Shown here: positions 36,301-48,533 of the stretch, piece after piece
Position numbering within the stretch: position 1 is the stretch's first letter
Layout: every line of letters begins with the position of its first letter
NCBI RefSeq assembly: GCF_000315625.1
Contig: NW_005434652.1
Location: forward strand, 758,091-822,090
Length of the DNA stretch: 64,000 nt
Origin: Guillardia theta CCMP2712
Lineage: Eukaryota > Protista > Cryptophyta
Direction: 5' to 3'
Notes under the pieces: model-generated
Database searches by the model: none
Told to the model about the DNA's origin: nothing
Seen by the model: only the letters and a program-made list of their open reading frames with translations
Program-made: the position numbers and the translations under genes

Positions 36301-39300
36301 TCGCATCGAAAGCAAGGTTGCTTCACAATTCACGTTACCTCATCTGCGGGAAAGGCCAAGAGCTTCACAATGCATCAAATATCTTCACAGCCTCAATTCG
36401 ACTGATTACAAAACTTGTGTTCGGGAAGAGGCAATGGAATTCTGGTGGCTATCGCTTTTTTTTTCCATAATTGTGTACTATCTATTCGATGTCCCTCGTC
36501 AGCCTGCTTGGGATTTCCTGTCTTTTCTACTCTCAAATTCTCCATTAGTTGGTGATATGAATGATGCTTCATACGAAGATGGCTCCCTGTTTGGGGTAGA
36601 TCTGTTCCGAAGTCACCAATGTAAGGGATTGTATGAAGCTGAATTGATAGATCGGTGCTCAGTGTGCATGACATTATGGCCTTTCTGCGATGAGGAAGGC
36701 AGAGCAACTTTCTCGAATCTCAAATTGATACGTGAAATCAATGTGCAGACGTATCATGTAAATGCGAGCAGTCGTCGAGGATTGATTTCGGAGCTTTGGA
36801 GGATTTTGAACATGGAAAAAGGAACAGGAACAGATTTCAGTGGTCGAAATTATCATGCTTCCCCTGCTGATTTCCAGTACTTAGGAAAACTTCCGAATGA
36901 CTATCCTTTTGATGTTCAAAACAAAACATGCCGTGGTTCCACGGTTTGCTCTAACCTTGTAAGCCTGATTCAAAATATTGTGCTCAGAACACAAGGCCTT
37001 GACCACAAGACAGCTGTTGCCTGCAAAAATGAGTATATTTCTGGATTTGTCAAAATGTAAGTAGCGATCTGTTCCTGCGGGTGTATGACACTTAGAAACA
37101 GGTACAGTTCCATGGTTGCAGGATTGTGCAAGTCGACTTTTCTTATCGGAGGGGATGCAGATCATGAAAGCTGCAATGCTGTACGGTGTCAAAGTTCCAT
37201 TGAAGCTGAAAAATTCAGAAGCAGTGTCCTTCTGCTATGCACTATTGCTTTGCTTGCTCCAGAACAAGGTTCTGTAAACTTTTCAAGCATATCGTCAAAA
37301 TTGACTGCAATGGTATATATTCCCGCGCAAGTGAATATGTATTGGGATCAGGACACCAAAGCGATAGAAAGAAACTTCGATATCAGAAGCACACTTGTAA
37401 GTTCAATGAGTCATCTGACAAAGATGAGATTGCAAAAAGGTCATTCTGCTACTTTGCTTCTCAACTTCTTGTCAAGATTGTTGAAATTTGGGTTGATGGA
37501 AGTCAATTGCAAGAGTGAAATGTCAGCGCCGATTCCACATCCCAGCATTGTTCTTTCAAGACCGCACATACCAGCGAAAGATGCCAGTGCAGCTAACACC
37601 TTTGAATTGACTCTGAAGCATAAATCACGTTCGCTGATGACAGCCATTCTAAAGGTGTTCACGGAGATTACAGATCTTTCCTTCAAGTTTTTGACAAAGA
37701 ATTCGATCGTGGGTGGTAGACTCAATGAGAAGTTGAGTGAGTTTCTCAATGAACTCTCATCGGTATATGGCGTTGAAACACAGAAAGTTCTTGCGAATTT
37801 TGGCGATGATCGCGAGAACAGTAAGGACGTGGACGAAGCAATCACAGATCTATTTCAGTCAGTCATCACAAATGTGAATCATATGAATCATGTTGTCTTT
37901 GACGCTGTCAAAACAAATCAAAATGAAGAAGATGAATCGATGGATCACGACGATTTTTGGGATGTCATTGCGTGTGATGCGGATACTTCCCTGCAAATGA
38001 GTAGAGGGATAGTTAAAAAGCTCCATCCGTGTTCCAAGATTTTATCTACTTGCTTAAACAAAATGAAGAACTTCAGCGAAAATGATATTCGAAGGATCAA
38101 GGTATGCAGGTTGTATGGTGAGCTATCAGTTCTCCTATTGAGACACGGGCATCTTGAGTGGAATGACTGCAAATTCTATTTCACACAAAGCAATTCATTT
38201 GAAATCCGCAGGAGTGTTGCATTGACTTGGAAATTCTTCATCCAAGGGCTCAAATACCCTCTTGACTTGTGGATTGACATCACCTTTCAAGATTTGTTGC
38301 AGATGTGGTTCATTTTCATGTGTGACAGAAGAACGTATATGTTCAAACCTACCAGCAACACTTTCTTTATCAAAGACCTTCAACAAGAGTTGACCTACAT
38401 CATCTCAAATTTGCGGGTGGTTCCTTTCATGCAGGATTGTTTTCGCAACATTCTATCCATCCCAAATGGCCGAACGGAAGCTCTGTTCGAAAACGAGGGA
38501 TTCATGGATAGGTTATCAGTGATCAAGCATTTCCTCGAGAATATTGCCGGCCATAATTCTCAGAAATATCATGATATTTTCAATGAATGGATTCAGGTGT
38601 TGAGGAAGGAATTGTTCATGATTGAAGGAAGTGACAAGGTAGATTTCATGATATTTGCCTTCGAAATCTTGTCAAGAGTGCTGCCGATATCAGCGGAACG
38701 ATTGCATGCTTGCAGTACAATCCACAAATCAAATGGAAGCACTCTACTGCTTGACCTGCACGAAATGCTTTTTTCCAATTTTGATCAGTCGAAGTCCAAT
38801 GATGGTTTCACCGAAATTCAGATGAGCAAGATTGCAAATGCTCAAGCAAGATGCATTCCATTCTTTTTACAGGGATTGTTGAAGATGAATAATTGTTTTC
38901 AGAACAAAAGATTGGAGAAAATTATGATGACTCTTTTGCGTGATTCTCTTGAATCGGGGATTGAACTGGTACAGACACAGACAGTATTGTTTTTCAATCA
39001 AAGTCATAGTTTTGAGCACTGGTGTCCGGATGATTTCATTCAAAGTTTGTTCTTTAATCATATCCTTGAATTTGTTGTGGTTGATCGCGAAGCTAAGGAC
39101 AAGGAGACATCCTTTGAGGTTCCAAACTTTTTGTTGACTGCAAACCAGTTGGGGCGGAGGTTATTCGTTTCCATGATTGCTCAAATGTTAAATCGTTGTA
39201 TCTTGGCAACAGCAATGGATGGGACTGTGAAAAGTGCAAGACTGAGCGTGCTCAGGACTCTCCACATGTTACTAAAACTGTTAGTCCAAACATCTCCAGA

Positions 39301-39799
39301 ATGTTTGGAGACCGGGCATGTCGAAGACATTCCGGTATTGATGAAAGAATGTCTCGTTTATGCTTCCTTCTTGTGCGTCAGAAAATTCATGGAATTGTTC
39401 GGCAGAGAGCTGGTCTTAGGTTCGGCATACCTCGACGAGACGTTCGCGACCATTAGGGAGAAATTGATGAAGACCAGTCAGCAGATGACTCGACTGCCAG
39501 TGCTCTCCCAATCCGTCGAACCTTCTGGACCTCAAGGCAGGCAGACACCTTGCCGAGAGCTCCTCGAGGTTTTGTTTTGGCTGCAGCAAATGGACGATGA
39601 TTGTCACGAGGTCGTGCTTGAGCTTCTTCCAGCCCTCGCCAGCTGCTTCAGTGGAACATGCGAAGCAGATTCACACGACATCGCACTGAGCTCTGCTTTT
39701 CAACATTTCCTCAGCCGCCTCCGAATCCAAGGTCATGAATTCTTCCATCCTAACGATCAGGAGAAAATTCGGAACGTCAATCAACTTCTTTTGATCTGA
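33340..39799 (+). CDS. MMS22L: ~2100-aa protein: disordered N-terminus, RNI-type leucine-rich repeats, acidic linker, MMS22L/Mus7-like helical region
   Basis: Three ORFs join in phase via introns 35418-35469 and 37057-37095/37101. LRR: VDLRG..SLDLRCCMI..WIDLAENDL..YIDLRSNAI. MMS22L-like order of motifs: CILQLWSEVILFLD..YWRKL, EFWW..YYLFD..AWDFLSFLL, RCSVCMTLWP, ISELWRI. Confidence 0.7.
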
Positions 39800-39971
39800 T
39801 TTAATGAATTCACAAAAACACTAACAAACTACAGTGCGCGTACGGACGGCATAGAAGCATTATTCCTACACATCGGAATATTGTCTCATGTATGAATTGC
39901 ATTGAAAATACATAAACATTCATCTTCACCAGAAAAGATGAGTGAAAATCGATTCAACAGCAACCAGCAAT

Positions 39972-40716
39972 CTATTTGCGCTTTGGTATGCGACGATGTC
40001 CTGTTACAAACGTGTCAGCGTGACGGTTTCTTTGTTCCGACATGCTTACGAGAGAAGGAGTAACTTTGCGATGACTCTCCGCACGCTGCAGCAATAGCAT
40101 TGTTCTGAAGACTTTCTTGTGTCACTGCATGTGCTAGCTTTGAAGGTACCAAGGTAGTGGGCTCAAGGAGCCGAGACACAAAAGCAGAAAAAAGGAAAAT
40201 CTCAGCTGCCAAGGGAGTGATCATATTGCTTGCTCCGAAAGACATGGCTGGACATACACGACGTCCAAATCCATGGATAGCATCCATGGAGAGAGATGAA
40301 GCTCGTTGTGACGTAATCGCAGCGAGAGGTTGCGCGAATGTCTGCCATGACCCAGGGATTGCAGCCTTCCATTTCCCCATAATCCATTCATGCCCGCGAC
40401 CATACATTGAAATCGACACAACAGTACAAGCTAAGAGTGTGTACGCACTGCTAAGAAAATTCATGCGCAAAGCAGGATTCATCATGGCTCGCAAGCCGTC
40501 CAAGAAGATTGCGGCAGCCCCTGCTCGTGCCATTGTTCTCATCGCATCAAATTGCGCGTTCACACGGAGCTTCCTACCATGGCTCTCCATCATCAAGGAC
40601 GGCATAGGGTGCATTGAAGAGCTCAATGGGCTTGAGGGCTTGAGGGCTGAGCTCAACTGCATGGCGGCCGCATGCTGCGCTGCTACTAGAACGAGAAGCA
40701 CGAACAACCGCGCCAT
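39972..40716 (-). CDS. Hypothetical protein with signal peptide, Ser-rich transit-like region and hydrophobic segments
   Basis: 233-aa ORF, MARLFVLLVLVAAQHAAA-MQLSSALKPSSPLSSS; probable last intron then HRRIPKRK-stop. Confidence 0.55.
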
Positions 40717-41146
40717 GCCTGGAAAATATTTGAAATGATTGCTCTCTTTGAAAGAGCTGTGTAAAATTTCAAAATACTGGGGAAATGTTTCTATTCGGCA
40801 AAAAAATCTTGCAGGGGCGGATCGAGTGGGTGCAACATTTTGAAGACCATCGACCAGACAACAGATCTTATTTTTTAAAAATATTCTTGTACTGAAGTTT
40901 TAAAATACATTGATATATCAAATAGATTACTTATTTTCAACTTTTATTATATTTTAGATGTGGTTTGTGATGACTTTTTCTTTCATTCTCTATGTCATAA
41001 CGAATGGCCGCATCCACGAGAAGATAGGGAAAGGGTGGTGAAGACAGTCAAAGTGAGGGGTACTTGTAGAAATCAGAGAAAAAGCTTGAGGTACCCCAAA
41101 CGATGTCGGATAGAATTGAGATCGACTAGAGGTAGAGATGAAGGTT

Positions 41147-44100
41147 CAAGCATGGCGAAATGAGGTGATAAGGAAAGAGATAGACAGTAGGAGCTTGTTC
41201 ACAGCCAGAGACGGAGCCAGATAAAGAAAGATCATGACATGTCCCACAGCAAACATCATCCTTTAACCTTACGAAGTGCATTCGAAGCTGCCTTGTGCCC
41301 CCCCTGAGCTGCAATCTTCAAGTATGATATACCCTGCTTCTTTGACCTTGGCACGAGATGTCCTTCCAAGTACAGGTTTGCTAACATGTAGCTGCGAGCA
41401 TTCAGAAAATGAAGCTGGTTTTCATCACTTTGATACCATGCTTCAGGGTGCCTCTGCTTGCATGCAACCTCTAGGAACGTAAGCCCTTCCTTCCTCGATT
41501 CAACGCTTGGCTCGTACTTGTCCTATAAAGCCCATCATGCAAATTTAAACCCTCGAAACCGAGCGGACCTGAATGTAGATCTTTGCGAGCTCGTAAGCTG
41601 ACAGAGAGTTAATGTGGTCGTCCGTGGAGGGATCCATGGCGGCCTTGAAGTACTTGACAGCCTGCGTTTGATTCACGCATGCGATAGAAGAATGTCTACC
41701 ATGCACCAGGTCCATGTTTGCATCAACTCCGATGCCTTCCTTGTAGAAGCGACCCACTTCAAACTGCGTCACGCCCATCACTCCTCTGAGTCGACGAGCT
41801 CCAAAGTACCGTTGAATCTCGAATGCCTGCTTCTGCTGCAGCGAGAAGAAGTTCAAGCGCCTTTGCAAAATCCTGTAGCAAAGATCATTTGTCTCAGAAA
41901 GAAGGAGGAGGAAGCGAATTCCTGAACACAAGCGGTTCCATTGTAAAACATACAAGCCAAATTGTGCATTGCAAAAATACATCCAGTGTCTACACTTCTT
42001 CGAAGATAGTGTAACTGTTATGAAGTTAGACAGATTTGAAGCAACAAGCACGCTTATACCGCTAATTTTAGATCAGCTTCGTCTCGCGATGTTTGAAGAA
42101 TACTTTGTGCCAGATCATTCAATGCCCTTCCGTGATTGCAATCGAGATCCACAGCGTCCTGTTTTCAACTGGTCACCGATTGTTCCGCATTTCATGAACC
42201 ACCTGAAAATATTTTCTTGCCATCCTTTCATCTTTTGGCATGACTTCTCCGAGCTGTCATCTGACTATCACCTCATCACGATATCAAGGAGGAGCTCACA
42301 CCGCGTAATATGTCCCCAAAGTGTAACACGCCTCTGCATCTCCTCTCTTTGCTCTCTTGCGTAGATCTTTGATTTCCTGCCAAACGAATTCAATATAGGA
42401 ATTCAATTCTTGTAGATGCATGATCATAATATCGAATTTGAAAAAAAACCTCACTTCTTCCATTCTTTTCTTTGCTTCGAACGGAAATGAGAATTTCTCA
42501 TAAGCGTCTTGAAATTCATTTTCTATCTCCAAACGGTCTTGTTCACCAAGATAGTAATCTTCTGCTTTAAATTCTGTCGAGCCTTATAGATTTGATTAGA
42601 ACTTCTACACTGATTTCCGAGGTTGAATACTTTTCTTGCTGATTTTCGTGTCGGCGACCTGTAATGATCAGGTTAAGTGTTTTTTTAAGGAACAAAGATT
42701 TTGTTGTATCAATACTTCCAAAGAATCCCTAAAATTCTCTGTAATCGGCAACACCTGCCACAAGCTTGTTGGCAAGAGCGTGATCAGCATGCAAGAGTCG
42801 CACAAGGAAATCATCATTCACGTCCTTGCGATGCAACAACAGACTCTGGACAAAGCTTCAATGCTGGTTTCAAGAAGGCCTTGCAACGTACAGTTCCATT
42901 CAATTTTCTCAAGAAAGCTCCAAATCGATCGAATCCAAGCTCTTTCCATGGGCAGTCTTGGTCATATTTTTCCTGGTCGGAATTCTCTGCATCAAGATAA
43001 AAGTAATCAGCAATCATTCATAGACCTTCCAGTGGGTCCTAAGAGTTGCTGCCATGATTCCTTTAGGAAATCCGTTGACGAGATCGATCATCTACGAAGG
43101 GTCATAACAGGGATTCTCAAATTGCTTTCTCGACCTGTTTGTTCAAAGAGTCCGGAATAAAGATCTACCAAGCATTGAGAAGAGACTACAAAACGTTGAG
43201 ACAATACCTGAGACGGAGATGTATTGTCCTTGTCGCTTTTGCCTCTCTTTCTGAAAAGATTTTCGAGCTGCATGATCTCTGTACGGTAAGGGTTTTGAGA
43301 TGAGTCTAACAACCAAGAACCTCATCGTCATCATCCGGCTCCCGATTGTGATGTCCAGCTCCTTTGTCTTGAGGCAGTTGATTCTGCAAGAAGTCCCAGT
43401 AACCCAGCAGTCTCGTTTGATTCAATCAGCGGAGCTACATTGTCTGCTTGCACTCAAGTCAGTCACCATGTGCTGGTGCTTTCTTGTACCTTTGCTTCCA
43501 CCAGCAATTTTGGAGCTCTTAGTGCCTTCCAGGTTGTAGCTTATCAGAAAACCTCGAATGGTACGAACCAGACTTACGACAATCTTTTTCGTGCTTGACC
43601 GCAACGTCCTCTACTCACAAGTATGTAACCAGCAGGAGAGATGCGATCCATCTCTTACCTGAGGAGAACCTCTTGGAACAGTATTCACACTCAAACATGG
43701 ACTTTGAACATGACTCTTGTTCGTCACACGCCTGGAATTTGCAAGCAGACATCATGTGAATCTTTGATCTGTGAGGATGGACAGACCTCCCGTTTGACAG
43801 TGTCCCAATTCAGCTGCTGAATTTGGCTCGAACCGTCATCGAACACTTCGTTCTTGAATGGATGGCTCGATTCCGTATCTGTCTCCTGAAGTACAAGATA
43901 TCAGCAAGGATGGAGTATGGAGTTTAGAAAAATCACGTTATAGTACTGGGCACCGTACATTGTTTCCATCAGCTTCTGGTGTTCCTCTAAAGACGCAAAC
44001 ATCAATGTTTTAGACAAATCCATCAAAGGTATGCCTTCGTCAAAATCAGAAGCTTCTTCGATCTGTTCACCGGAATGAGATGTGACATCGCTACAGCAAA

Positions 44101-44818
44101 CTCCCCGCAATCACCTCTTTCAATGCTTTCTTCACTGCAGCATTCTTTATTCCTCTTCCAGCACCTGTTCTTCAACGTCACGTGCGATGATAAATTCTTC
44201 CCATTCATTCTACTCTGCCGGATCTCTTTCTCCATGTCATGACTACTCGTGGGTTGCGGTCGCTCCTGAACAGATGCCTGCCGAGGAATTCATGTGTAGG
44301 ACGATCTCTACACTTTGCATCTCAAACCTGATTCCTCTCATCTTCAACATGTTTGTGTATTTCTTGCCAACTCATGCCCTGACTTTCTACCCAGTGTTCT
44401 CCTGTCCGCTTCCTTGGGTCCCAGCGTGCTCTCTCGTAGGAAGTAGCATTTTGCATCATTCTTTTCCTGCGACGCCGCGTCATGGCTCACAAGTTGTTTC
44501 AGCAGAGCACCTCTTCTCCTTGCGGCGCTCAGTCTTGGAAGACACGCCATGCCGTTGCAGGAGATGGTCGACCATGTTGTCGTCAATGTCTGGAATCTCT
44601 TCTGGCCGAACGTCCTTGAGCAACTCGGACAAGCCGCTTGAGCTGTCTGCTTCCATGGGGCGCTTCTTGATCTTAGGAGCTTGCACATACCTGAACTCCA
44701 TCGGAGAGCCATTTCCCACACCATCTCCCAGCCCTCCCCTTAGCACCAACACCCTACCAACTCTTTCCTCTGAGACGAAGCAGGAGAAGCAACACACGAT
44801 CACGAGACTTCGCAGCAT
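41147..44818 (-). CDS. Sel1-like repeat protein with N-terminal signal peptide and LRGG motif; many exons
   Basis: RAKRGDAEACYTLGTYY and QFEVGRFYKEGIGVDANMDLAVKYFKAA are Sel1 repeats. Leader MLRSLVIVCCFSCFVSEERVGRVLVLRGG. Continuity of middle exons and the 3' end are approximate. Confidence 0.65.
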
Positions 44819-44936
44819 GCTTCCATGCACGTCATGGCTCGCCAAGTCTGCCCCTTCCACCTTCTCCTTCCTCTGCAGCATATGCTGCCGTCAGGCTGGT
44901 CACACGATCCTGCATGGCCGGACGCATCCCATAGCC

Positions 44937-47900
44937 ATGGGGCAGCACAGGATGCCAGGCCGACAAATAAGGGACAGCCAAAAGACAGCAAGAGTACGTG
45001 GAATGTCGGGGAGTTCCTTGGGAATGTCAAGGGAAAGAATGGGAGAGGGGGAGAGAAAGGCGGGAGGGAGGGAGCCAGAGAGGAGGGACGGAGGGAAGAA
45101 GGGAGCAAGGGAGGGAGCGAGCGAGGTAGCGAGGGAGCGAGGGAGCGAGGGAGCGAGGGAGCGAGGGAGCGAGGGAGCGAGGGAGCGAGGGAGCGAGGGA
45201 GCGAGGGAGCGAGGGAGCGAGGGAGCGAGGGAGGGAGCGAGGGAGCGAGGGAGCGAGGCAGCGAGGCAGCGAGGGAGCGAGGGAGCGAGGGAGCGAGGGA
45301 GCGAGGGAGCGAGCGAGCGAGGGAGGGAGGGAGAGAGGAGGGACGGAGGGAAGAAGGGAGCGAGCGAGCGAGCGAGGGAGGGAGGGAGGGAGCGAGCGAG
45401 GGAGCGAGCGAGGGTGCGAGGGAGGGAGGGAGCGAGGGAGGGATTGGTGGAATTATCATGTGGAGAGTCTTGACGGCACAGATGTGACAGCAGTCCTTCG
45501 CGGGTATCATGGTTTCGAAACTCATAGATCACTGGATGGCTGACGCCTACAAAGGTGAAGGATCTCTATTCCGCTCACTTTCATGACGTGCGTGCAGCTG
45601 GCATTCGATTTGTTCACAAAGAAATACCAGAGCTATTATCCTTGACGGCAGAGTAATGAGTTGGAGATATGAGGGCGATTTTTGACAAGCTTTCTTGTCC
45701 GAACAGTTCGCTGCGGAATGCTCCCTTCCCTGATTCCTTCGCTTCATGGCAACGATTGAGTGTAGACGACAAGTTTCGTTTGGTGTGTCTCGCGATTGTC
45801 AAGGAGTCGAAATGGATTCACGGATTTGCAGGTTCCCATAAGCTGTGCTTTGCTCTACGTCATCTCGCTCCCATTCCTCCTTCTGTACAATGATTCACGG
45901 CAAACCCCCAAAGTGAGTCCACCACAGCTCGCACGATCGTAACATTCGATCGAGTCTTCATGGACGTCTTGGTTGACCTGCCAACCGCAGGGCGCCAGTT
46001 GTCGCAAGGCAAGCTACTGGCTCACGAGATCCCTCTTATTGAAGTCGATGGGTGTGTGCTACCTCGCAGCTTTCCTGACGAGTGCCCTTCAAGCGAGAGC
46101 TCTCTTTGGTTCGAATGGTCTACAGCCGCTGACCTACTCCAACCGGCCTCGGCCAAGCCCCCTATTCTGGTTCTTAGTGGAGAGCCCTTACGGTCCGCAG
46201 CTGCCGTTCCATGACTGGATGTTGGAAGCAGCCTGTTGGTCGGGAGTTCTGCTCTCCCTGCTGCTGGTCTTCTCAGTGTTGAACTCCTTCCTCCTTCCTC
46301 TCAGCTTGTGGCTGCTTTACTTGTCGATCGTCAACCTGGGAGGATGGGTGATGAACTACGGGTGGGAATGGCTGACACTAGAGGTAGGCTTCCTCTCAAT
46401 CTTCCTGTGCCCCGTCTTCTCCCTTTCACCCTTCCCAAGGGGGTATCCTCCTCCCCGGCTCGTGCTCTGGCTCTTTCGGTGGTGCGCATTTCGGCTCATG
46501 ATTGGCGCTGGCATGTCGAAGATCGGCTCTCGCTCCTCCGCCTGCTGGAAGGAGCTGACCTGTACCACCACTCATTACTTCACACAGCCGATGCCGAACC
46601 CTCTCGCATGGTTCGCTCATCAACTTCCTCTTGACGTGCACAAGATTGAAGTGTCTCTGACCTTCTTCGAGCAACTGATTCTTCCCTTTGGTATCCTTGT
46701 TCCGATCAGGGCTGTCAGATTGTTCACAGCAGTCGCTGAGCTGCTATTCCAAGTGGGGATTGTGAGCACAGGGAACTACGCCTGGATCAACTTCATTGGT
46801 GCTGTGCCGTGTCTGGCTCTCCTAGATGATCATTTCTTGTCCTTGTTCTTCCAGTCTCCTCCACACGAAGATCCTGGCGAGGACAAGGAGCGTCCTTCCG
46901 CTTCCAGGGGGTTCGTTGGTTTCCTCTCTGGCTTGCGAGCATATTGCAGGCTCGTACTGCATGTCTCCCTTGTACTTTTTATTGGTTATAAGTCAGCAGC
47001 CCCGCTCAAAGAGCTTTTCAGCCCTTCTCCCTGGCTCCATTTCTATGATGACTACTTCTTTGTGAATGCGCAGGGTGTCTTCGGATTCATCAATCAGCAC
47101 AGGGTCAACCTTGTGTTATCCTACACTCATGACAAGATTCCCAAATCAATCGTCAAGAACAAAAGCAAAGGTTGTGTAGATCACCCTGGGGTCATTGCAA
47201 ATGATCCTTCAGGTAGATCGCTCAGGTAAATTTCTCCGTTGCAAAGCCTCAATGCTGATCTAGGATGTATTGATGGAATAGTTGTTCGGATTTGACATTT
47301 CATTGCAACAACAATCAAGTGCGAAGTCTCTGCAAACAGACTTGCAATGCATGTTCAAGTTATGCTTCAAAAGATTTCGAAGGAGTCTCATGGAAGCCGT
47401 TGGAATTCAAGAATCTCCCAGGAAATCCACGCAAGATGCCATGGTTCAATTCTCCTTATCATCACCGTCTAGATTGGGAGATTTGGATACACACAACAGG
47501 TCAGTGACTGTAAAGATCCGTCTAGTGTCTGTTGTCCACCCGGTGTCTGTAGTCCACCTAGTGTCTGTTAAGATCCGTCCAATCTCTGTGCATCTTGATC
47601 AAGCTGACTTTATGAGAAGCTTCCTTGGAGCATCCGGCACTCATGGGGCAGAAGCTCGACGTCCCTCCATTCCTCCAGAAGTTGGTCAGTACTTCACTCT
47701 TGTAGTCAGCCGTTGACTGTTGTTGAGTCATGATCACAGGTACAAAAGATCTTAGCTGGTGACTCTGATTCCGTTTCACTTGTTGGCACTCCATGGTCTG
47801 ACTTGTTGCTTGTCGCCAACAATACGCGCAAGCGCTTAATGCCCCCTACTGCCATCAAAGCTCAATATTTCTTCTACACCTACACGTCCAACAGAGAGGA

Positions 47901-48477
47901 CGGATCCTGGTGGAAACAGACTGCTATCAAAAACAACGATGAAATGTTTTGGATCGCCAAAACAGATCGATGGAAAGGAGGAACAATTGAGAGTTTGCCA
48001 CATCGGAGTCGTATCCTTCTCTTCATTGTACTCTTCATTTTCATGAAATTGTTTGAATTCGTTGAATCTTTTGGTCACTCGGTGAGTAATAGCAGTAATC
48101 CCAAGGAATGGGTGCGGGTCAGCACCTCTCAATTCCTAATGCAAGTGTTGAATGGGATAGGAGGATGGACAGTGTTTCTGCAAACTCTCTTGTTGGACTA
48201 CCCAGCGCTCAGGGGCGAAGTGTGCAAGCTTCATTCTTCAAACATCTTGGAGTTTGTCTTCGCCAAAGTTCTCTCTACGAATGCTCAAGCCAGTACACAG
48301 TACCAGTCTATTTTTGTGATTTCTTTGCTCCTTGGAATCGTCAATTCAGCGAATTGTTTTGAGGTCCTGGATACATTCAAGGCGATATGCATGAAAATCG
48401 GAGGTCTTGCCTTATGTTTTCTTCTAATCTTCACATCGTACGATGCCTACAAAATATCTCAGAACCTGCAAGAGTAA
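44937..48477 (+). CDS. Lipase maturation factor (LMF1/LMF2 family) with inserted ShKT-like domain
   Basis: YWLTRSLLL..YLAAF, SIVNLG..YGWEWLTLEVGFL, FRLMIGAGMSK, HYFTQPMPNPLAW, TGNYAWIN, NAQGVFG, EFKNLPG, PYHHRLDW. Upstream exons splice in phase back to ATG 44937. Confidence 0.92.
45040..45445. repeat. (GAGCGAGG)n purine-rich satellite in the first LMF intron
   Basis: Long run of the 8-mer with GGGA variants and a duplicated gaggagggacggagggaagaagggagc unit. Confidence 0.93.
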
Positions 48478-48533
48478 TATGCTCAAAGACTCAGCCATCA
48501 AGAATTAACATGTCTTTACTGATTGTTAACAGA

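Noticed and set aside
44800-45532. ORFs with ARERGSEG / SLPRSLAP repeats on both strands
   Set aside because: Translation of an intronic 8-bp satellite that lacks stop codons.
47505-47590. Short repeats (gtgtctgt..gtccacc) resembling a CRISPR-like array
   Set aside because: Degenerate intronic minisatellite with no unique spacers or cas genes; eukaryotic context.
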